Shown here: positions 57,810 to 64,000 of the stretch, piece by piece
How the letters are laid out: the number at the start of each line of letters is the position of its first letter
How positions within the stretch are numbered: the stretch's first letter is position 1
Assembly: GCA_023382385.1 (NCBI GenBank)
Contig: JAHDVH010000002.1
Coordinates: forward strand, 136,219 to 200,218
Direction of reading: 5' to 3'
Origin: a bacterium
Lineage (GTDB): Bacteria > Electryoneota > RPQS01
Length of the DNA stretch: 64,000 nucleotides
Notes under the pieces: model-generated
What the model was told of the DNA's origin: nothing
Seen by the model: only the letters and a program-made list of their open reading frames with translations
Database searches by the model: none
Position numbers and translations under genes: made by a program

Positions 57810-58868
57810 TCACTTCAGCTTGATGGATAAGCTGACTCGGTGCGTGGTGCCCAGGTCGCGCGCATAGTAGGCGTAATCGGCGGTCACGCGCCACAGAGCG
57901 ATTCCCGCACCGGCGGACCATTCGTCGTGCCACAGTCCACCGCGCAGAAACAGCACATTTTCGAACGCATACTCGATTCCCGTGTGACGGCGGCGCTCGT
58001 AGCGCTTTTCCGTTTCATAAGCCAGCGTCAGGCGGCTGTTGCGGCCCGGCATTTTCTGTTCGAGCGAAATTGAGCTGTAGATATTTCGCGGCACAGCATC
58101 CTTCACTCCTTCACCCCAATCCACTTCTGTCCGCGTCGCGTCCTTGACAACGATACCGTAACTAAGCCGTGCCTTCCACGCTTCGTAAACGATCTCATCC
58201 ATCGGGAAACGCACCTGCGCGCCAGCGTCCACGCCGATTCCCGTGCCGGAAGCCGTACCCAGTTTTTGATTGATGAGCTTGAGATTGACGCCGATCGGCA
58301 CTTCGACGGGCATGGTGAAGTACGACCAGCCCCAGTCAATATTAAACTGATTGTATTTGGCGAACGTAAAGAAAAGAGCGGATTCGCTGTCCGAAAACAG
58401 TCCGCGCGGCGCGGCACCCGTTGCCAGCAGATACTCCTGCACCGAGTTGACGTAAATCGTATCGCCGTTCACAATGACGTAACGCAAGGACGGCGGGCGC
58501 GAGAGAATGTCGGCCACAACTTGATCGTAATTGGGATGCTGTTCAATATCCGGCACGCCCAACCGCACATAATTCACGGCAAAGACCGAACCCGTCACGG
58601 GCAGCGTGATGCCTGTGGACGAGAAGTTCGCCAATCCATCCCACAAATCCGCGTACATTCCGGTAGCCTGAATGCCGGAAACAAAGCCCATTCCCGCGGG
58701 GTTCCAATAAAAGCTCGACCCGTCGTAGGTATGCGAGGCCATCGCTCCGCCCATGGCAATTCCGCGCGCGCCTACACCCAGTTCGAGAAACTCTCCGGCG
58801 TATTTCGCGGCAATTGCAGGAAGCGATAGAAGCAGCAATAGTGTGATGCTGACAAAGAATCGTTTCAT
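57810..58868 (-). CDS. porV: PorV/PorQ-like FadL-type outer-membrane beta-barrel (T9SS shuttle protein)
   Basis: Signal peptide. The N-terminal 'AGEFLELGVGARGIAMGGAMAS...YWNPAGM' resembles the PorV family N-terminus. Sits immediately downstream of the porU-like gene with an ATGA overlap. Confidence 0.65.
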   Translation of the reverse strand: MKRFFVSITLLLLLSLPAIAAKYAGEFLELGVGARGIAMGGAMASHTYDGSSFYWNPAGMGFVSGIQATGMYADLWDGLANFSSTGITLPVTGSVFAVNYVRLGVPDIEQHPNYDQVVADILSRPPSLRYVIVNGDTIYVNSVQEYLLATGAAPRGLFSDSESALFFTFAKYNQFNIDWGWSYFTMPVEVPIGVNLKLINQKLGTASGTGIGVDAGAQVRFPMDEIVYEAWKARLSYGIVVKDATRTEVDWGEGVKDAVPRNIYSSISLEQKMPGRNSRLTLAYETEKRYERRRHTGIEYAFENVLFLRGGLWHDEWSAGAGIALWRVTADYAYYARDLGTTHRVSLSIKLK

Positions 58869-61800
58869 TTGCGCACCTTTGCCAGCTTGACGATGGTCTC
58901 GATCTCTTCCTTGCCTTGCTTGGCGATGATCTTCGCGAAGTAGACACCGTTTGCCACTTCCTCGCCCTTGTCGTCGCGGCCGTCCCATTGCAGCGTCCGG
59001 TAGTTGACCGTCGCGCGTTCAATTTCGCGCAATGTGCGGATATGTCGTCCGGACACGGTGTAGATCTTGGCTTCCGTGAATTGATCCGTGACTCCCGTCA
59101 ACACATAAGCAATGGTTGTGTTTTGCGCAAACGGGTTGGGATAGTTAATCGCCCATTCAAAACCGAAGTCCCGCCGCACGTCAAACTGCGCGTCGTAGGT
59201 CGACGTATTGCCGTGATTGTCTGTGGCGATCACCCGCAGCACATGCGTTCCGGGTTCAAGGTCGGGTTCGATCATCGCACTCAGCGTGTTCGCGGTCCAC
59301 GACTCGTCGTTCCATGTGATCAAACTTGGTGAAATTGTATCACCGTCGAGAATCAAATGAAATGCCGTGTCGTTTCGCATCACGCCAGCCGGATCACGGA
59401 AGGTCGTAAAGATCTGTGGACGGCTGGGAACAATGGCTCCCTGCGTGTAGCGCAGGCCGCCGATACTGACTTCGATGGTCGGTCCCTGTGCGTCAAAGAC
59501 GCGAAACAGAGCCAACTCTCCAAGCGTGGCAACTTCCCCTGACACGCGCAGGTGCCACGTCACCAATGTGTCAAGCGAAGGATTTCCCGGATTCAGTATG
59601 CGCGTCGAGTCGGTTGGAATTCGCGTGACCGTCGTATTGCGCGCGCGCACCCACTGTTTGAGCTTCGGGTCTCGCGCATATATCGCATAGTTTGCCGACG
59701 GAACCTGACTGCGCAGCGTGTCGCGGCCATCAAGCGATATGGTCACCATCGCGCGGAAACTGTCGGACAGCGAACCGAGCGAATCGTCGAACAACGCCGA
59801 AAAGACGCCGTGGGTGCTTTGCGTGAACGGCCTGCGCAGACCCTTACTCGAGAGTTCCGCCTGCTGAGCTTGTGTTAGCAGCACGGGCTGCGAATAACCT
59901 ATGGCTGCGCTGTCCCGCGGCAGAATTCCCGGGAAAACGCGCACTTCGAGCGTATCATTGCCGGTCACGGACCAGTATTTGTGCGGCCCGACGTTTAACG
60001 GTCTGGTCAGGAAGGTTCCCAGCTGCCGCGTGGCCGGATAGTAGCTCGGCATGTTGATTTCGAACGTGCGCGAGTTGTTGCCTTCGCGGGTTTCGCGAAT
60101 CAGATTGTCCGGATCGATGGTGATGTTGACGTTCCAGAGTCCGGGACGGAATTCCGTGGGAATCCACGCTTCGCGCTCATATTCACCGAACGACAGGTTG
60201 GGCAGCAGATGATTCACCGTAAACGAGTCGACGCGCACGGTGATGGTGTTCCCGCCGGACGTGTAGGTTGAATCACGCGTCGCGGTCAAACGAATCGTGA
60301 CATTGTCCAACTGCGCGGTGCTGCCCGTGCGCTGTACGGAAAACGGCTGATAATAGTAAGGCCGGCGGCCTCCGCGCTGTGCGGGCGACGCCGAAATCAC
60401 GAACGAGAGATTAAAATCGGGAGAGCGTTCCAGCGGCAGACTGAAATAATCTGATTCGAACTCCGTGCCGCCGACAGGCGTCACAAAGAACTTCACACGA
60501 TAGGTCGCGCCTTCAAAGTCATACGGGCCGATGTCTCTCACAGTTGTGTATACGCTCGGCGCGGTCTCCACCATACTCATCGTGTCCAGTCTGACTGGCC
60601 CCTGCGCCGGAGTGTAGAGTCCACGGAATCTCACGCTCTGAATTGCGTCCAGATGCAGGATAAGCGACTGGACACGGAACGGTTCACCGCTGAACGCGAC
60701 CGAATCCGGAACGGCTTCGATATCGAGAAACTGCACGGTGGAGAGACTATCGGCAAGATAAATTGGGAATCTGCCGATGGCGTTGCGCCTGAGCGCAGGA
60801 TTAGTCACATAGACCACCACATTGCCACGCGGAGTGACAAAACGATTCAGCGGTACGGCATCCGATGTACAGATTTGAGTCGTGTAGAACTGCGGGTCTA
60901 TCTGATTCTGATTGAAGGCCGGACTAAACGTGGTCACCAGCACTGGTGAGCCGAAGTTCGACGGCCGGCGCCGGTCGCCGTTGTAGGGCAGCACATAGGC
61001 GTAAGTCACGGTGGACGAATTCTGCTGCCACGGCAGGGTCATGATAACACGCAGGGAGTCCGGATTTCCCAGGCTGTCCCGCGATCTGACGATGTTGGAT
61101 TCAGCAAAAATGCGCGGCTCGAACTCTTCCTGAGGAATCTGCAGTTTTACACCCGGGTCACCGAGCAGATTCATCATCATCATCATCGAGTAATTCGAAC
61201 TCCAGCCGAGCGGAGTACTGCTCGCGCTCCACCAGCGCGCTTTGTTCAGCGCGGCGGCTTCGCCCATCGTGTAGCCCGGCTGCTGGAGGAAGAAGTCGTA
61301 AAGCCTGCGCTGCATGGATTGCCCGGCGATAGCCCATCCGACTCCTGAAGAACTGTAGAATCCAATCGCGCCGACAATGTCGTTGTTGTTATTGCGCGCA
61401 AACAGGAAGGCTTCGCCGAGTACCGAAGCCTGGCTGCGGTCATCGAACGCGCCGACATAGCAGGTGAAGTTCGTGATAAAGGGGAACGACTCGCGGTTGT
61501 TCAACAGGCGCACACCGCCGACGTTAATCAGCGAACTTCCCGACCACACACCACCGCCGCCGTGTCCGTTGTAATTTGCTGCCACACAACCGTCGCGCAA
61601 GGCGTCCCGCAGCGCAATCGGCCCCTGTCCGGCGGGAATGCTGTCGAGATACACGCGGGTCACATTCACCGTGGTGTTTTCCACCATGGCCTTCACCGCA
61701 GGTTCGGAAAACGCGGCGACGAAATCGAGCGGAGGAGGACCGGAGTCGTAGTAGTCCGCAACCATCAGCACGTTGCTCGGGGTGCGGTTCTCAAAGTCCG

Positions 61801-64000
61801 GGTCGGTCTCGTAGATGAACACCTTTCGGACGTAAGTGCCCAGTTCCTGCGGCGTCCGGCAGGAGATTCGCCCGACGGCGATGTCCGGTATGATGTCCCA
61901 GTGCGGTCCCGAGATGCAGCCCATGATATAGTCGGCGGAGGAGACTCCGAAGGCATAGGTCGGAATAGCAAAGGTGGGAATCTGATTTCCCGGAATGTTG
62001 TTCTCTCGCTGTTCCAGCACGGCGTCGCCGACCAGACAGAGATGCGTGGGCCGCACACTCCAGTGGTCGTAGGCGTACATCATAAAGTCGCGCAAAGCGT
62101 AGGGCGTTATCAGTCCGCCGGAGAACTGTTCATAGACTTCAGACAGCGGAATCGTTAACACAGAGTTGTTGAAGTTGATACGCCGCAGACTGTCCAGCAG
62201 CCGCACAGACGTATCGGCATAGAACGGGTCGTAGACGACCATCACATATTCCGCGCCGGGATGATTACGCAAGTCCACTTGCACGGAGTCCGGCACCACC
62301 AGAAATGGCTGCGCGATGTAATTTTCGCCGAACACCAGCACATCACGCGGCCCGTCGGACACAAGCGGGAATCTCACTGCCCAGCTTGCGGACTCATCCG
62401 CGGGAGTGACGCGGCGCGTTTCCAGATTGGTCAGGCGACTGTGTCCGAGCTTCCAGACTTGAATATTCTGTGACGGGAAGCCGCGAATATCGTACGCGGC
62501 CGTGTCTCCGACGTTGCGATTGAAGTCGAAGCGAAATTCGCCGTTGCGCGAGCGCATGTCACGCTCATACTCAACCTCGAACCAGTTGACCAGAATCTTG
62601 TCGGCGGTACCGGCAATTTGATTTCCCGGGACGTGAACGGTAATCACGTTGTTGCCGTTCACAAGGTTTGAGGTCAGGATGTTGTTTGTCCCCGCTGTCC
62701 GGTCGGTTTCAAAGATAATCGGAGCTTGGCCTCCCCATTGCGGTGCGGGGTCGCTCGCGTGCTGCCGTCCGGCGGTTAAGCCGTTGTCCGACAGGCCGTT
62801 CAAGGAGACACGGACGTAATGGTTATACCCCGGAGTCGAGCTGAATCCGGTCAGACAGGCGCGCACAACCACCGGTTCAAAACTGAAGGGAGCGTTGGGA
62901 TTGGGAAATGGCAGATAGGCTTCGAAATCGCGTGACGAGAGTGCGTCAATGCGCTCGCCCCAGAACCAGTGGTCCTGCAACAGATTATGCGGGCCTTTGC
63001 GATAGAGGTCCGCTCCGAGCACGCTCGAGAGCTGGCTCAGTCGGTCAAAATAGCGATCGCGTTCGAAGTGCAGCTTCACACGCACGCTGCGCACCGGCTG
63101 GAGATTCCAGACGGACTGCCACGTGCCGTTGACTTCGCCCATGCGCAGCCCGGGCCGCCCGTCGCCCCAAAAGAGCTGATAGCAATTTTCGCTGGAGAAC
63201 GGGTCCTGCCAGAGCGATGGAATACTTTCTACGTACGTACGCTCATTGCGTTCGCCGAAGAAGTCGATGTGGTCAAACTCATCGAAACGTCCGTCTTCCT
63301 GACCTTCGACAACGATAGGAATCTCGCGTCCCTTATTCCAGATATGCAGGTCCCACGGGGTAATCTGGTCAATCGGCACACCCATCGTCCGCAGATACTC
63401 CCCGGTCAGCCGGATGATACTGGTTTCGCGGACGTAGATGCGCCAACGATTGACGTTGAAAATCGGGAAGTCGTCATCCAAAGCGAAGCGTTCGCGCTCT
63501 TCGCGGACGTCCGGCCGACGAGTGGGCAGGGCAGTATCTGCGAACTTCCCCAGCATTTTCCGCAGAGTGTGGTTCTCATTGTAGCTGTCCGGCAATCGCA
63601 TTTCGTTATTTGACGAAATAGGCAATGAGACTTGCAGCCTTGCTCTCGTGAGAACCCTGCCAACTCCCGTTAATGTATTGATTTGCACGGGATTGACGTG
63701 TAGTGACATGAGCCGATGACCGCGGTAAATCCCGGCCTCTGTGACTTCTGCCACACGTTCAGGACGCGTGCCGGAGACTTTTTCGGTCCGGCGCATCCGT
63801 TCCCGCATAGACAAGCCCGCCAGCGGATCAACCTTCGCCCAGAAGGTGTCGGGACTCGACGAGCTGGGGCGTTCATCCACAATGAAGTCCTCAGGCATCG
63901 GCAAGCATTCACCGAGATTCAGCGGTTCATACTCCGCTTCCACCAGCGTGACCGTCACCTGACCTGGCAATGCCTCGAAAAGCTCGGCCGCCCTCGGCAG
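58865..64000 (-). CDS. porU: 5'-partial PorU-like gingipain-family (C25) T9SS C-terminal signal peptidase, >1700 aa, with its own CTD
   Basis: C25-like catalytic region 'ANYNGHGGGGVWSG...FITNFTCYVGAFDD'. C-terminal 'INYPNPFAQNTTIAYVL...GVYFAKIIA..KLAKVRK'. The frame is open to the window end, so the true start lies beyond 64000. Confidence 0.8.
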   Translation of the reverse strand: MPRAAELFEALPGQVTVTLVEAEYEPLNLGECLPMPEDFIVDERPSSSSPDTFWAKVDPLAGLSMRERMRRTEKVSGTRPERVAEVTEAGIYRGHRLMSLHVNPVQINTLTGVGRVLTRARLQVSLPISSNNEMRLPDSYNENHTLRKMLGKFADTALPTRRPDVREERERFALDDDFPIFNVNRWRIYVRETSIIRLTGEYLRTMGVPIDQITPWDLHIWNKGREIPIVVEGQEDGRFDEFDHIDFFGERNERTYVESIPSLWQDPFSSENCYQLFWGDGRPGLRMGEVNGTWQSVWNLQPVRSVRVKLHFERDRYFDRLSQLSSVLGADLYRKGPHNLLQDHWFWGERIDALSSRDFEAYLPFPNPNAPFSFEPVVVRACLTGFSSTPGYNHYVRVSLNGLSDNGLTAGRQHASDPAPQWGGQAPIIFETDRTAGTNNILTSNLVNGNNVITVHVPGNQIAGTADKILVNWFEVEYERDMRSRNGEFRFDFNRNVGDTAAYDIRGFPSQNIQVWKLGHSRLTNLETRRVTPADESASWAVRFPLVSDGPRDVLVFGENYIAQPFLVVPDSVQVDLRNHPGAEYVMVVYDPFYADTSVRLLDSLRRINFNNSVLTIPLSEVYEQFSGGLITPYALRDFMMYAYDHWSVRPTHLCLVGDAVLEQRENNIPGNQIPTFAIPTYAFGVSSADYIMGCISGPHWDIIPDIAVGRISCRTPQELGTYVRKVFIYETDPDFENRTPSNVLMVADYYDSGPPPLDFVAAFSEPAVKAMVENTTVNVTRVYLDSIPAGQGPIALRDALRDGCVAANYNGHGGGGVWSGSSLINVGGVRLLNNRESFPFITNFTCYVGAFDDRSQASVLGEAFLFARNNNNDIVGAIGFYSSSGVGWAIAGQSMQRRLYDFFLQQPGYTMGEAAALNKARWWSASSTPLGWSSNYSMMMMMNLLGDPGVKLQIPQEEFEPRIFAESNIVRSRDSLGNPDSLRVIMTLPWQQNSSTVTYAYVLPYNGDRRRPSNFGSPVLVTTFSPAFNQNQIDPQFYTTQICTSDAVPLNRFVTPRGNVVVYVTNPALRRNAIGRFPIYLADSLSTVQFLDIEAVPDSVAFSGEPFRVQSLILHLDAIQSVRFRGLYTPAQGPVRLDTMSMVETAPSVYTTVRDIGPYDFEGATYRVKFFVTPVGGTEFESDYFSLPLERSPDFNLSFVISASPAQRGGRRPYYYQPFSVQRTGSTAQLDNVTIRLTATRDSTYTSGGNTITVRVDSFTVNHLLPNLSFGEYEREAWIPTEFRPGLWNVNITIDPDNLIRETREGNNSRTFEINMPSYYPATRQLGTFLTRPLNVGPHKYWSVTGNDTLEVRVFPGILPRDSAAIGYSQPVLLTQAQQAELSSKGLRRPFTQSTHGVFSALFDDSLGSLSDSFRAMVTISLDGRDTLRSQVPSANYAIYARDPKLKQWVRARNTTVTRIPTDSTRILNPGNPSLDTLVTWHLRVSGEVATLGELALFRVFDAQGPTIEVSIGGLRYTQGAIVPSRPQIFTTFRDPAGVMRNDTAFHLILDGDTISPSLITWNDESWTANTLSAMIEPDLEPGTHVLRVIATDNHGNTSTYDAQFDVRRDFGFEWAINYPNPFAQNTTIAYVLTGVTDQFTEAKIYTVSGRHIRTLREIERATVNYRTLQWDGRDDKGEEVANGVYFAKIIAKQGKEEIETIVKLAKVRK

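Noticed and set aside
63968-63970. TTG at 63970 as the PorU start codon
   Set aside because: The frame stays open to the window edge and the N-terminus lacks a signal peptide, so the gene is treated as 5'-partial.
1-64000. CRISPR arrays, tRNA/rRNA genes, transposases, integrases or prophage genes
   Set aside because: I looked for short regularly spaced direct repeats, T-loop-like GTTCGAATC motifs, and DDE/tyrosine-recombinase-like ORFs and found none. The only repeats are the paralog conversion tract and the intragenic protein-level repeats.

Overview
The window is 64 kb of high-GC (~58-60%) bacterial chromosome, almost fully coding, with no rRNA, tRNA, CRISPR array, transposase or integrase that I can see. 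Several proteins end in a type IX secretion (T9SS) C-terminal sorting domain (..YPNPFN..), and a PorU-PorV module sits at the 3' end; together with the lipoprotein-rich, TPR/DUF-rich content this points to an FCB-group (Bacteroidota-like or candidate phylum) genome. Main content, 5'->3':
- A 5'-partial >1200-aa tandem-repeat T9SS cargo protein.
- A LolD-like ATPase, methyltransferase and DUF2141 operon, then DUF1499, cupin and an S8 subtilase.
- A translationally coupled cysM / mec(JAMM) / [CysO-like Ubl::MoeZ E1::rhodanese] operon, i.e. protein-thiocarboxylate-dependent cysteine synthesis with the sulfur carrier fused to its E1, behind a structured leader.
- A divergent porin-pstSCAB-phoU phosphate locus.
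- Two tandem paralogous ~1200-aa secreted proteins built from an unrecognised six-Cys 'GRCCY' module plus PPC domains, sharing a ~0.45 kb near-identical DNA block (gene conversion) and preceded by a ~220-bp AT-rich island.
- A small HTH(XRE)-CheW-HDOD-CheY signalling cassette.
- tatC, then divergent yhhQ/queG, then a sigma54-dependent NtrC-like response regulator.
- dapA-dapB ... lysC with an interposed T9SS cargo gene and a lipoprotein gene, then SpoIID/LytB.
- prfB with its classic +1 programmed frameshift (CUU UGA C), which the ORF track misses.
- A second S8 subtilase with a T9SS CTD, then alr, GNAT, SDR, DUF5916, lysS, a LolE-like permease with no canonical start, a GT-C glycosyltransferase and Rrf2.
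- A porU-porV-lipoprotein-SLBB operon running off the window end.
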